Virus record (IMG/VR): IMGVR_UViG_3300042453_003743
Location: 32,001-96,000 of that record
Reading direction: 5' to 3' (one strand)
Length of the DNA stretch: 64,000 nt
Origin: a virus
Below, one piece after another: positions 1 through 9,968 of this stretch (positions within the stretch are counted from its first letter, which is position 1; each line of letters starts with the position of its first letter). Under the pieces are notes generated by a model. The model searched no databases. It saw only the letters and a list, made by a program, of their open reading frames with translations, and was not told the origin of the DNA. A program made the translations under genes and the position numbers.

Positions 1-167
1 AACCATGAACGAATATCTTCATTGTTCATGGTTAAGTCATCTTCATCCATAGTTATTACAAATTTTACATCATTAAGTCCCGAAAGATTATCAATGTAAA
101 GTTGTAAAACTTTTTTAAATTTGTCTGGTCTGTTTCTTGTTGGAAATTTAATTAAAAGTTTTGGCAT
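1..167 (-). CDS. Glycosyltransferase-like protein (GT-A/GT2 type), 5' part; runs off the window edge
   Basis: Manual translation from ATG at 167: MPKLLIKFPTRNRPDKFKKVLQLYIDNLSGLNDVKFVITMDEDD. The PTRxR start and VxxDxDD pattern are typical of phage GT2-like enzymes. A minus-strand TTGACA lies near 208-213. Confidence 0.6.
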   Translation of the reverse strand, partial: MPKLLIKFPTRNRPDKFKKVLQLYIDNLSGLNDVKFVITMDEDDLTMNNEDIRSW

Positions 168-263
168 CTAAAATTCTCACAGTCAATATATATCTATTTT
201 AAATAAATGTCAAATATATTTATTTGACTTTACTCTAGAGTACTTTAATATACATCTTAAAAG

Positions 264-701
264 ATGAATCTAGAGAACCTTAAAGAACTTATTATTAAAG
301 ACTCTCAAATAGACTCTACAGAGTTAGGTATAGAGTCTCTTAAGATACCTCAAATACATTCTAAGTATCTTACAATTTTATCAGATGTCAAATTACTTTT
401 GACAAAGCAACAAAGCGATCTTGCCATATTAAAACTTCGCAAATGGAAAATTTATACAGGAAAAGCCTCACAGGAGGAGCTTGAATCTTGGGGCGAAGAG
501 GCTTGTGACTTTACATTGTTAAAAAGTGATGTTGAACAGTTTGTAGAAGCTGATCCGAAAGTAATAGAACTAAAATCAAAAATTGCTGTCAGCGAAGTTA
601 AACTTCGTATGGTAGAAGAGTTTATAAAATCCGTAAATAACAGAAATTTTATGATAAAATCTGCTATTGAGTGGCAAAAAATGATGAACGGCATAGTATA
701 A
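264..701 (+). CDS. uvsY: Recombination mediator UvsY
   Basis: 145 aa, IPQIHSKYL...YTGKA...NRNFMIKSAIEW; directly upstream of uvsW as in T4-like phages. Confidence 0.9.
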   Translation: MNLENLKELIIKDSQIDSTELGIESLKIPQIHSKYLTILSDVKLLLTKQQSDLAILKLRKWKIYTGKASQEELESWGEEACDFTLLKSDVEQFVEADPKVIELKSKIAVSEVKLRMVEEFIKSVNNRNFMIKSAIEWQKMMNGIV

Positions 702-704
702 ATA
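697..704 (+). promoter_or_regulatory. T4-type late promoter (representative)
   Basis: TATAAATA before uvsW. (A/C)TAAATA also precedes gp3, gp23, gp22, gp18, gp13, gp25, gp48/gp4 and the genes at 30068, 32734, 38585, 40528, 48484/48522 and 63186. Confidence 0.8.
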
Positions 705-708
705 TTGA

Positions 709-2205
709 GTGGATATAGATGTTGAATCTACAGATGAAGTTAGATATTATGTAAAAGCCGAAAAAGGACTAAAACAAGAACTGAGAGATTACTTCTCATT
801 CATGGTCCCCGGAGCCCAATATATGCCTTTATATAAAAAAAGGATTTGGGATGGAAAAATTCGTCTTTATGATATTTTATCGTCTACATTGCCCAGAGGG
901 CTAAAAACATATTTAAATAAATTTTGCCAAGAACGTGGATATAGCTTAAATATAAAGGAGAGCAAAAATCCTTTATGCGTAACAGAGGAGGAACTTCAGG
1001 CTTTCTACGAATCACTGAAAGTTTGCGTCCGCAAACAACCAGTAAAGATGCACACACATCAGGTGCAAGCTATTATGCATGGATTGAACAATCATCGTTC
1101 AGTTCTGATATCTCCGACTGGCTCTGGAAAAAGTCTTATTATATACGTATTGGTTCGATATCTACAAAAGGTATTAAATACCGACCGCAAAATATTGATT
1201 TTAGTTCCAACCGTTGGCCTCGTCAATCAGATGGAGGCCGATTTTTTTGATTACTCAAGTCAAGATAAATCCTGGTCCTGCAAAAAGTATATTCACAAGA
1301 TATCTGCTGGTGCAGACAAAGAAACAAAGAAACAGATAGTAGTCTCGACATGGCAATCAATCTACAAATTGCCTAGAGAATGGTTCGATCAGTTTGATGC
1401 CATATTCTTTGATGAGTGTCATCAAGCAAAAGCAGAATCAATCAATTTCATCGGACAGAAACTGACCAAGGCTTGGTTCCGTTGTGGTACAACAGGAACA
1501 CTACAACAAACACAGGCACACAGATTAAGCATCGAAGGAATTCTTGGTCCAGCTGTTCAGTTCATCCAAACAAAAAACTTAATGAACAAAGGGTTACTTG
1601 CAACACTCGGTATTGATTGTATTCTATTGAAATACACAGACGAAGAAAAACAGCTGTTAAAAAAACAAAAATATGCAGATGAGATAAAATGGATCATAAG
1701 TAATGATAAGAGAAATGAGTTCATCTGGCAACTGGTCTCCAGAACAAAGGGCAATGCGCTTGTACTCTTCAATTATGTTGAAGCGCAAGGCAAGCCTCTC
1801 TACGAACTTTTCAAAGAAAAAGCGGGAACACGCAAGGTCTATTTTATCTCAGGTAAAACAGAAGCAGAGGCGAGAGAGTACATTCGAAGAATTATTGACT
1901 CTGAAAAAGATGCCATTCTGGTGGCGAGTTACGGTACAACTAGTGCTGGCATTAATATCGTTAATCTTGATAATATTGTTTTCGCCTCTCCTACAAAATC
2001 CGTAATTCGTTTACTACAAAGCATTGGTCGTGGATTAAGAGTTTCAGAAAAGAAAAAAACATTGAAGGTGTTTGATATTGTTGATGATCTATCTTGGAAG
2101 TCACACAAGAATCATGTATACAGACACTTTGAAGAGCGTATAAAAATTTACAAAAAAGAAAAATTTGATTACAAAATATATTCGATGCCTTTTACAGAAA
2201 CTTAA
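709..2205 (+). CDS. uvsW: SF2 DNA helicase UvsW
   Basis: WDGKIRLY, Walker A SPTGSGKS, DECH box, QSIGRGLR motif VI; GTG start behind TATAAATA. Confidence 0.95.
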   Translation: MDIDVESTDEVRYYVKAEKGLKQELRDYFSFMVPGAQYMPLYKKRIWDGKIRLYDILSSTLPRGLKTYLNKFCQERGYSLNIKESKNPLCVTEEELQAFYESLKVCVRKQPVKMHTHQVQAIMHGLNNHRSVLISPTGSGKSLIIYVLVRYLQKVLNTDRKILILVPTVGLVNQMEADFFDYSSQDKSWSCKKYIHKISAGADKETKKQIVVSTWQSIYKLPREWFDQFDAIFFDECHQAKAESINFIGQKLTKAWFRCGTTGTLQQTQAHRLSIEGILGPAVQFIQTKNLMNKGLLATLGIDCILLKYTDEEKQLLKKQKYADEIKWIISNDKRNEFIWQLVSRTKGNALVLFNYVEAQGKPLYELFKEKAGTRKVYFISGKTEAEAREYIRRIIDSEKDAILVASYGTTSAGINIVNLDNIVFASPTKSVIRLLQSIGRGLRVSEKKKTLKVFDIVDDLSWKSHKNHVYRHFEERIKIYKKEKFDYKIYSMPFTET

Positions 2206-2232
2206 GAAGATAAATATTATGGAAGGGAGGAC

Positions 2233-2889
2233 ATGCATATGTCCGAATCGCTTCCTGAGAATTCTTTCTCAGGCGTACTAAAAGTTGTTAAACTGCTCAC
2301 CGGAGAAGAAGTGGTTGGTTTGGTGAGTGAACCTACGCCAGATAAAATTTTAATAAAATTGCCAGCAAGGCTGGATAATTATTACACAAAAACTGAAAAA
2401 GAGGGCATTGTTGAATACGTTAAATTAACAAACTATTTTGTAAATTTAAACTCTCAAGAAGCATCTTTTTTCAAGACAGCGGTGGTCTATATCGGAGATC
2501 CATCTCTTGAACTTCAAAAAATGTATGAAGTATATTTTCTGGCAATGCAAACTGATCCAAAATCTTTATTAGAAAATATGCCTGCAAGCGAAAATAATAC
2601 AGACAACGGATTACAGCTTTTAAACGATTTGTTTAATAATGAAGATTTTGTAAATTTTGTAAATGATTTGATTGAAACTTATGAAGATTCAGAATTGTTT
2701 GAAGATGATGGAGAAGAGGAAGTCGTAGAACTGGATATGGAAGAGGCTGAACAAGAACAGCCCAAAGCCCAACCAAAGCCAAAGAAACGCACCAGAGTCA
2801 AACCAGAAACGAATAAGCTACCATACAATCCAGAGCAGCCACCAGAAAACCCCGAAAGCTGGTCAGATAATCCATCTGACTATATTTAA
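2233..2889 (+). CDS. Conserved hypothetical protein (Sm-like N-terminus, acidic C-terminus)
   Basis: VVKLLTGEEVVG start resembles the protein that usually follows uvsW in T4-like phages. Confidence 0.6.
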   Translation: MHMSESLPENSFSGVLKVVKLLTGEEVVGLVSEPTPDKILIKLPARLDNYYTKTEKEGIVEYVKLTNYFVNLNSQEASFFKTAVVYIGDPSLELQKMYEVYFLAMQTDPKSLLENMPASENNTDNGLQLLNDLFNNEDFVNFVNDLIETYEDSELFEDDGEEEVVELDMEEAEQEQPKAQPKPKKRTRVKPETNKLPYNPEQPPENPESWSDNPSDYI

Positions 2890-3413
2890 GCAGTATTTTT
2901 TAGATTTGAAGGTGCGTCTGGGGTAATAATATAATGTGAATATTTAAATCTACAAACGGCCTTTTGTATTATTACGTCTGAGCTATCAGACTGAAAAGAA
3001 AACCCCCCAAGTTCTACTGGAATTATATGATAAAATTTAAATGTTGTGGGTGTTGTTTCATTAAAACCATCATATATCAATAAATTTGCCTGATGATGCC
3101 AATCTTGATACTCAAGATTATGGTCTGTATCTGTATCGATGTTTGTTAAATTTCTTATCCAAGAATACAAATTTTTCCAATTTTGTAAATTTGAATCTAC
3201 AATAAATTCAACAGTCAGTGGAGCAAATTGTATTGCATGGGTTGGGATTGGAATAGTTGTTCCAAGTGTTGTGGGCTGCGGTTGTTCTCCAATTGATATT
3301 CCCGGAACATTTACTTTTTGGCAAAGCAATTCCATTTGTTTCAAACCTCTACCAAAAATTAATCTGAAATAACTGTTATATAATGGGTTTAAGTTTGGAG
3401 AACAAGTTGTCAT
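2886..3413 (-). CDS. gp3: Tail tube terminator / tail completion protein gp3
   Basis: CQKVNVPGISIG...FIVDSNLQNWKNLYSWI; tube-family fold, next to gp23. Confidence 0.8.
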   Translation of the reverse strand: MTTCSPNLNPLYNSYFRLIFGRGLKQMELLCQKVNVPGISIGEQPQPTTLGTTIPIPTHAIQFAPLTVEFIVDSNLQNWKNLYSWIRNLTNIDTDTDHNLEYQDWHHQANLLIYDGFNETTPTTFKFYHIIPVELGGFSFQSDSSDVIIQKAVCRFKYSHYIITPDAPSNLKNTA

Positions 3414-3433
3414 AAAAATATTTATGGTAAAAC

Positions 3434-3462
3434 AAAAACCTCCCGATTACTCGGGAGGTTTT
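3434..3462. terminator. Bidirectional intrinsic terminator after gp23
   Basis: AAAAACCTCCCGA-TTAC-TCGGGAGGTTTT perfect stem with A/T tails. Confidence 0.85.
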
Positions 3463-3484
3463 CGAAAGAGTTAATTTATACTAT

Positions 3485-4888
3485 TCAGATTGTATTACCG
3501 TGGAGGTTTTGAACAGCAGTCAAACGGTAGTATTGGTTCAGTCCAGTGGTGAGGGTTTCACCGTCTGGAATACCCGAGCTATTGAGTACGTAGGGGTTGG
3601 CTACAACACCATAGCGGGTCTTGAATGCAATACGTGGTTGGAAAGTGTTAGGATCGACTGCACGTACCATTTGTAGCGGGACGTATGGGCAGTAGAACAA
3701 TCCAGCATCGTATGGTGATTCACCCTTATAGCCGACGCAGAAGAAGTTATATCCTGCTGGGCTATATGGATCAATGTACACACGAATCTTACCATTGATT
3801 ACACCAGCGAAGGTGCTTTGTGTATCATCAACGTTAAGTTGTGGTGCGATTGCTGGGCTGAGGCTCATGAAACCGGACATTGCAAGAGCAGCAGCAGTGT
3901 CGCTGTCGCAGATGATGAAGTTTCCACGGCCACGGCGTGTTTCCTTAGCAAGGTAGTTGCATTCACGTTCAATTTGGAAGCTGAGGCCACGGAAGCGTTC
4001 AGCAGACCAACGACCGTCCGAGTCAACATCAAGATCGTATGTACCGGGAGCTGTCAAATCTCCTTGTACAGAACCTTGACGAGCAACGTAATAAATGGTC
4101 TTGACGATTTCGCGGTTGATTTCGGCAAGAATTTCGGTGCTGAGAAGGTTAGCAAGTTCAGCTTCAGCGTCGAGACCGTGAACAGCCTTAAGGTCTTGTG
4201 CCAATTCAACTGTGTAGTTGCTGCTTAGAGCGCGAGTCTTGGCCACGACTGAAACGCGGTCGATTGAGAACGCCATTTGGTTCCAGTTGGCAAACGGTGA
4301 GCTCTTACCGATTGCTTCGCCTTGCGAGGTCAAAATACCTCTGAGCAAGTTTAGAGCAGCATCGTTTGCTGGTTTGACTGCAGTTCCGATAGAAGCAGAC
4401 AGACCTTTGGTAGATGCAAATGTTGATCCTAATGTCCAACCTGAACCACCGAATCCAGCTTGTGGTTCTTGGAACATAGCTTCAACATATCCAGCGTTTC
4501 CGTAGGATGAACCAACGGTTCCGCCGTAGGCATAGTTAGCGCGCATTGCAAAGATGAGGCCAGTTGGGGCAGTCATTGGTTGAACGCCGCAAATGTCATA
4601 AGCCATCAAATTTGGCATTGCACGGCGAACTAGGCTGATGAGCACTGGGTCATAACCAGAGACAGCAGCTGTGTTGTAGCCGGTTGAGGTTGCTGGACCA
4701 CCAAGGTTTCCAGAACCCATGTCTTCAACAAGGTGTTGTTGGCGAATGGATTGCTCTTGGTTTTCCAAAAGAACTGCGGTGACTTTCTTACGATAGTCAT
4801 CTTGAATTGAAGGGAGAGCTTCGTGACTGAGCACTGGATCCCACTTCTCTGTTAATACGTCATATGGTGTGTTTTCTGCGAATTGCAT
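3485..4888 (-). CDS. gp23: Major capsid protein gp23
   Basis: VLLENQ, DPVLISLVRRAMPNLMAYDICGVQPM, ELAQDLKAVHGLDAEAELANLLSTEI, FQPRIAFKTRYG. Confidence 0.98.
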   Translation of the reverse strand: MQFAENTPYDVLTEKWDPVLSHEALPSIQDDYRKKVTAVLLENQEQSIRQQHLVEDMGSGNLGGPATSTGYNTAAVSGYDPVLISLVRRAMPNLMAYDICGVQPMTAPTGLIFAMRANYAYGGTVGSSYGNAGYVEAMFQEPQAGFGGSGWTLGSTFASTKGLSASIGTAVKPANDAALNLLRGILTSQGEAIGKSSPFANWNQMAFSIDRVSVVAKTRALSSNYTVELAQDLKAVHGLDAEAELANLLSTEILAEINREIVKTIYYVARQGSVQGDLTAPGTYDLDVDSDGRWSAERFRGLSFQIERECNYLAKETRRGRGNFIICDSDTAAALAMSGFMSLSPAIAPQLNVDDTQSTFAGVINGKIRVYIDPYSPAGYNFFCVGYKGESPYDAGLFYCPYVPLQMVRAVDPNTFQPRIAFKTRYGVVANPYVLNSSGIPDGETLTTGLNQYYRLTAVQNLHGNTI

Positions 4889-4934
4889 TTTTTAGTTATC
4901 TCCTGTGAGTAAAATTATTTAGAAAATTTGTTAT

Positions 4935-5933
4935 TTAGACCTTCTTGTTAAGTCTTCCAATCGCTCCAACATAATTTTCTACTAAAGTTGTTGGAGTTTG
5001 TTTTACGGTAGCAAATGTTTGTTCTGGTTGAACTGTTTTTGCTGGGTTTGATACTTTTCCTGAATTGATATAATTTTCACGAATTGCAACTAATTTTTCT
5101 TTGTATTCTTCTGGGGTTTCGAAAGAAACGCTTTCCATCAAAGATTGTAGTTTTGCAATTTGTGTGTCAGCAAGATCTCTTGTTTCTGCGACAAAAATCC
5201 CAGCACACTCAGTCAACGAAACTTCTTTTTTCAATTCAATGTTGGTATTGACAGCTTCATTCAACTTGTCTTGTAGTTCTCTATTTTGTCCGTAGAGTTC
5301 ATCAAGGACATTATATTTTTCTGCTGGTACATCAATGTAGTGATTTTCAAAAAGATTTTTTAGACCATTAATAAAGTTTTCTGCAATTTGTGTTTTAATG
5401 CCTTGTTCAACGGCAACAACATTGTCTTGCATCCATTCTTCTACAACGTAGTCTAGATAATCGTCAACCTTTTCAACCAAAGCTTCAGTTAGATTATCAA
5501 GATATTCTTTAACATTTTGATCAACGCCTTCAGCAATTACATTCATGTTCTTTTGAACACGATCTGAAACAGCGGCTTCAAAAATTCCTTCAAGCTTGAT
5601 GACAAGCTCTTCGCTTGCATTTTCTTCACCGAGAAGACCTACGAGAGCATCTCTAAATTCTGCGCGAGCTTGCTCTTGCATTTCTTCTTCCCCCTCCTCT
5701 GTTTCTTCTGTTTCTTCTGTTTCTTCTGAGTTTTGTGCAGTTTTTCCTGCAACAGAGTTTGGGACAACAGGTGCGGGGACTGGTGTTGTGGCTGGTGCTG
5801 CAGAAACAACTGGTGTTGCTGTCATAGAACCCTTGCCGGTTGCGTCGAAGTCTGGTTTTCCATCTGAAACAGCTCCCAAGCCCATGGCTTGTGCTACGGC
5901 TTCAGAAATTGTTTTTTTGTTTGTGTTTTTCAT
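4935..5933 (-). CDS. gp22: Prohead core scaffold protein gp22
   Basis: IFEAAV, KVDDYLDYVVEEWM, LKNLFENHYIDVP. Confidence 0.93.
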   Translation of the reverse strand: MKNTNKKTISEAVAQAMGLGAVSDGKPDFDATGKGSMTATPVVSAAPATTPVPAPVVPNSVAGKTAQNSEETEETEETEEGEEEMQEQARAEFRDALVGLLGEENASEELVIKLEGIFEAAVSDRVQKNMNVIAEGVDQNVKEYLDNLTEALVEKVDDYLDYVVEEWMQDNVVAVEQGIKTQIAENFINGLKNLFENHYIDVPAEKYNVLDELYGQNRELQDKLNEAVNTNIELKKEVSLTECAGIFVAETRDLADTQIAKLQSLMESVSFETPEEYKEKLVAIRENYINSGKVSNPAKTVQPEQTFATVKQTPTTLVENYVGAIGRLNKKV

Positions 5934-5978
5934 AAAAAAAGAATCCTTTTAGTGTAAAATATTTATAATAAATTAAAT

Positions 5979-6647
5979 TTATGGTGTTCTGCTTCTAGCC
6001 GACCCAGTTCCAGAAGATGTAGCATCTTCTGGATTCAGTGGCATAATTTTTGGTGATTTGGGAATGGAAAATGATTTTTTTCCTGAACCTTGCATTATAT
6101 CTGAAATATTTCTAGCACCAATTTGACTCAACTCTTGATTTACAAAATCATAACCAGAAATAGTTTTAAGCTGACCCATCAACGTACCCATGAATGCACC
6201 ACCTAAACTTTCACCAAATTTTCCAGCAAGATTTTTTCCAAACTGGCTAACAGCACCACCAAGACCAGGACCAAACATACTCAACAAACCACCTGCAGCA
6301 TACATGCCCAGAGCTTTCTTTAAATCGTCAGCTTCAGTAGCCCCAAACATTATACTTGAATCTTTTTTAGATTTTGAAGGCGCACCCATTCCACCACCAC
6401 CCTTCACACCACCAAAACCAGTTTTTGTCGATTTTGATGGATCTGCTGGTTTTGCCGAACCTGTTGAAGAGGGGGGGGCCGAAGCCGTGGCTCCCGGTGC
6501 AGTAGCTTCACCCAAATAATGATTTTCTGGAAAAAGAATACAATAACGACTCATATTGTTTCTGGGGCCATTATCTTTTTTAATTGCCTCGGAAAGAGTA
6601 TGTTGTAAATATTGTTTTTCTTCGTTTCCTAAAAAATTATTTTTCAT
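5979..6647 (-). CDS. Hypothetical Gly-rich protein inserted between gp21 and gp22
   Basis: 222-aa ORF coupled to gp21 by a 4-nt overlap; Gly-rich amphipathic centre. Confidence 0.65.
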   Translation of the reverse strand: MKNNFLGNEEKQYLQHTLSEAIKKDNGPRNNMSRYCILFPENHYLGEATAPGATASAPPSSTGSAKPADPSKSTKTGFGGVKGGGGMGAPSKSKKDSSIMFGATEADDLKKALGMYAAGGLLSMFGPGLGGAVSQFGKNLAGKFGESLGGAFMGTLMGQLKTISGYDFVNQELSQIGARNISDIMQGSGKKSFSIPKSPKIMPLNPEDATSSGTGSARSRTP

Positions 6648-7288
6648 AGATTTTTAAAATAATTTTCAAATATTTTTGTAATATTTTTGTTTAAATTGCG
6701 AGAAGATGAATTTTTAATTAATTTTTTAGATTCTTCATGCATTCTTTCTGACCAAATTCCATTATTAAAAATCCACTCCCTGCCTTCCATGATTCCATTT
6801 ACAAATGCGTTTGGTGCAGAAGGATCAGCGACAATATCGATTGCTGCCAACATAAAATCTTCTTGTACTTCTTGATAGCCATTTTTTGATTTGAGAGAAC
6901 CCATACCCCGCGTAGAAACTCCAAGTTGAGCGCCCTCATCAATGAGATTTTTTACAATTTTTCCCATTGGTGTATCTAAAACTTTTGCTCTACCGATTAT
7001 GTTATTTCCGTCCTCATGTAATTCTTTTACAATGTGTGAAACTCTATCAAGATTAACTGTTGGACCAGATGGGTGGTTCAACTCTCCCAGTGCACGGCCT
7101 TTGTCTACATACTCCGAAATATATCTTTTACATTCTTTTATTAAAGTATTTTGCGGATAGATGCGACCGTTTCTATTTTTTACACCACTTTGCATAAAAA
7201 TACCGTCGATATAATAATTTTTATCGCCGTTTCCCACATTTTCTTTAATATATTTTACGTCTTCAGTTAGTTCTGTTATCAGTTTCAT
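6644..7288 (-). CDS. gp21: Prohead protease gp21
   Basis: MKLITE, NRNGRIYP, ALGELNHP, GVSTRGMGS, DIVADPSAPNAFV. Confidence 0.96.
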   Translation of the reverse strand: MKLITELTEDVKYIKENVGNGDKNYYIDGIFMQSGVKNRNGRIYPQNTLIKECKRYISEYVDKGRALGELNHPSGPTVNLDRVSHIVKELHEDGNNIIGRAKVLDTPMGKIVKNLIDEGAQLGVSTRGMGSLKSKNGYQEVQEDFMLAAIDIVADPSAPNAFVNGIMEGREWIFNNGIWSERMHEESKKLIKNSSSRNLNKNITKIFENYFKNL

Positions 7289-7445
7289 TTGATTTGCTTT
7301 GGAAAATGGTTTTTGAAATTTCTTTATATTTTGTCTCTAACTTGTGACCAATTTTTTCATATAAAACTTTTGATGTTTTATCTTTGAATTCAATGGCATT
7401 TTCTTCGATTGCTGTTTTTAGCATGTTTCTAATTTCGTTTTTCAT
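7263..7445 (-). CDS. Small prohead core protein (gp67/gp68-like position)
   Basis: 60-aa helical ORF between portal and protease. Confidence 0.55.
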   Translation of the reverse strand: MKNEIRNMLKTAIEENAIEFKDKTSKVLYEKIGHKLETKYKEISKTIFQSKSNETDNRTN

Positions 7446-7855
7446 ATAATTCCTTTTGCTTGTTCAGAAAATTTTAAATGCTCTTTAAAAATTTCTGGAG
7501 TATCAAATATTTTTTCTGCCATTTTTTTTCTGTTTTCTGGATTCAAAGATTCAAACAAGTTAATTAAATTTTTGATATCTTTGTTGCTAATATTTATATT
7601 CATTCCATTTTTAAACGTATATTTTCCATTTTCAAAATTTTTAACAAAATTTACAAACTCTTGAATGTTTGAATTTGTTTCTGTAACTGATTTGGATAGC
7701 AACAATTTTTGTTGAACTTCTTGTTTTGCTTCCTTTAATGATTCATTCAATTTGAATGTGATTGTATCAATCACATTGTGTTTAAAGTATTCTTCATCTT
7801 CATGCAGAAGGCCATTTATGCCTCGCTTTAACAGAACTTGACTTATTTCTTTCAT
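7442..7855 (-). CDS. Prohead core protein (gp67/gp68-like position)
   Basis: 137 aa immediately downstream of portal, overlapping stop/start; LNPENRKKM-type C-terminus. Confidence 0.6.
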   Translation of the reverse strand: MKEISQVLLKRGINGLLHEDEEYFKHNVIDTITFKLNESLKEAKQEVQQKLLLSKSVTETNSNIQEFVNFVKNFENGKYTFKNGMNINISNKDIKNLINLFESLNPENRKKMAEKIFDTPEIFKEHLKFSEQAKGII

Positions 7856-9402
7856 TGTTGTTCCTGTTGTTGGTTTGCCTGCATCATTGCTGCCATTTGT
7901 TCTTGTCGTATTCTTTCTCTGTCAACTTCCATTTCTTTGTCCATTTTTTTCATTTCTTCTTCGCTTTGTCTCAATACATTTTTTCTGATGTATTCAGTTG
8001 AAAAATATTTGCCAATGTAAGGATCAACAAATGAAAGCATCTTCAATCTCTCAGCCAATATTTCAGCTTCTTTTAAATCCCAGAAGTAATTGTCAGTATT
8101 AAAAATTACTATAATTTTTGACTTTAAATCGTGCCAGTCATCATCAGTCATAACTCCCTTCAGGAGCAGCTGAACTCTTAGTGTATCTAAAAATAGCTTT
8201 GTGAATTGGTGACGAAGTCGTTCAATAAATTTATAAAATTTAATTTCTTCTCGACTTATTTCAGTGCTTCTGCCTAAATTAAATCCAGTAGAATCGGAAG
8301 TAAGTCGGCTTATTGGAACGTTGAGAGCGTTTAATAATTTTTTCTTAAAAAATTCTACGTCTTCAATTTGAGACATTGCTTGCCCACCCGGCAAGGTGCT
8401 AATTTCAGTTCCTCTTGAACCCTCTCTGCGCGGCAACCAATAGTCTTCCAAAATTGAAAGATGGTTTCTTTCATCGCGAACTTCTCCAGTTGCTTGATTG
8501 TAAACCAATTTATTGCGGAATCGGCTCATCATATCCCGCATGTATTGTTCGGCTTTTTGTTTGGGTAATTGACCCACGTCAACGTAAAATACTCTTCTTT
8601 CGGGAGCTCTAGCGACCCTATAAACAAGAAGAGCATCTTCCAACTGACGTAACATGTTTAATGGACGAATTGCTTTATGTAAATAACCCAAAACACGTTT
8701 GGTATTCAAATCAAGCAAACCGGAAGGAACATAAACAACGCTATCCAAAGATAACTGCAATCCATTTGGACCAGTCATCATGTAAGTCTCTTTATCTGTA
8801 TTTGTATACTGATAATATTCTTCTATTTCCTTGATAAGAGAAACAGACTGCCCTTCGACTCGTTCCATTTCTTTTTTGATCTTTCTAACTTTTTTAATTT
8901 TTAGAGGATCGATGGGAATTATTTCTTTAATACCGTCTGTTGGAAGATCTTTATCAATTACAATATTATAATAAATTTTTGAATCAATATACCATCTTCT
9001 AAAAATTTCATATGACTTTGAATTAAAATCCATCAAATGTAAAATATTTTCAAATTCTTTGTATATTTTTACTTTTATATTTTCAGATATTGGTAAATTT
9101 GTTAAATCTATTTTAACAGGTTTTCTGTCAATTCCAGAAACAATTGCAGCATTAACTATTTCATCGACAGCATTATCAACTTCTGGATAAACAGACATAT
9201 TTCTATATTGTATTACCGAAGAATTTTCATCTCTTAAATTTGAAGCATAGTCAAGAGCAGTTCCAAAAAACCCTCCAGCTTCTACAGTAACAGTTCCATC
9301 AAATAATTCTGGTGCGGCAAATGCTTGTAATGCTTTTTTTTGTGCATTTTCTTTTTTCTTAGATTCTGCACCAAACTGAAATCCAAAAGCTTCAATTTCC
9401 AT
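7852..9402 (-). CDS. gp20: Portal vertex protein gp20
   Basis: YLHKAIRPLNMLRQLEDALLVYRVARAPERRVFYVDVG, EDYWLPRREGSRGTEISTLPGGQ. Confidence 0.98.
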   Translation of the reverse strand: MEIEAFGFQFGAESKKKENAQKKALQAFAAPELFDGTVTVEAGGFFGTALDYASNLRDENSSVIQYRNMSVYPEVDNAVDEIVNAAIVSGIDRKPVKIDLTNLPISENIKVKIYKEFENILHLMDFNSKSYEIFRRWYIDSKIYYNIVIDKDLPTDGIKEIIPIDPLKIKKVRKIKKEMERVEGQSVSLIKEIEEYYQYTNTDKETYMMTGPNGLQLSLDSVVYVPSGLLDLNTKRVLGYLHKAIRPLNMLRQLEDALLVYRVARAPERRVFYVDVGQLPKQKAEQYMRDMMSRFRNKLVYNQATGEVRDERNHLSILEDYWLPRREGSRGTEISTLPGGQAMSQIEDVEFFKKKLLNALNVPISRLTSDSTGFNLGRSTEISREEIKFYKFIERLRHQFTKLFLDTLRVQLLLKGVMTDDDWHDLKSKIIVIFNTDNYFWDLKEAEILAERLKMLSFVDPYIGKYFSTEYIRKNVLRQSEEEMKKMDKEMEVDRERIRQEQMAAMMQANQQQEQQ

Positions 9403-9416
9403 AATAAAAATATCCT

Positions 9417-9968
9417 TTAAGTTAATGGCGTCAATCGATCATCATCACCACCAGCAAACAATTCAATATAATCATACACAATGATGACGTTAAAAGTATT
9501 TAACAAATTGTTTGAAGACATGTTTAATGCCAAGGGATCAATAGATGTTGGCCAGCAGCCATGCATTCTAAATTGTTTTAGCGGCTCTCCCTGATCATTT
9601 ATGTTGAGGTGTTTTACAGTCCAGTTGTCGGCTTTGTAAGACTGGGTTGTATTTAAAATAGAAGATTTGTTGGTATTGTGTTCGTTGATTATATTTTGCC
9701 ATGTGTGAAACATTGACCACAAATTTTTTCCCTGCCCCGTATCATCCAAAATACTAAATGACCACGTAGAATATTGTTTTTCTCCGGGATAATAATATTT
9801 TCTTCCAAAATGTGAGTATTCAATCGTAGTTGAAGAGAGCTGTGGTATTTGTGTTGATCTTACGTGAAATTTAGTAAAAGCCCCCCCACCGGGTATTGTT
9901 CCTGTGATTTCAAACCTATTGGCCCTTGTTCCACCACTAAAGTTTGTTTTAAATTCATTTAAACTCAT
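9417..9968 (-). CDS. gp19: Tail tube protein gp19 (copy 2)
   Basis: GGTRANRFEI, GRKYYYPGEKQYSTWS, GCWPTSI. Confidence 0.88.
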   Translation of the reverse strand: MSLNEFKTNFSGGTRANRFEITGTIPGGGAFTKFHVRSTQIPQLSSTTIEYSHFGRKYYYPGEKQYSTWSFSILDDTGQGKNLWSMFHTWQNIINEHNTNKSSILNTTQSYKADNWTVKHLNINDQGEPLKQFRMHGCWPTSIDPLALNMSSNNLLNTFNVIIVYDYIELFAGGDDDRLTPLT

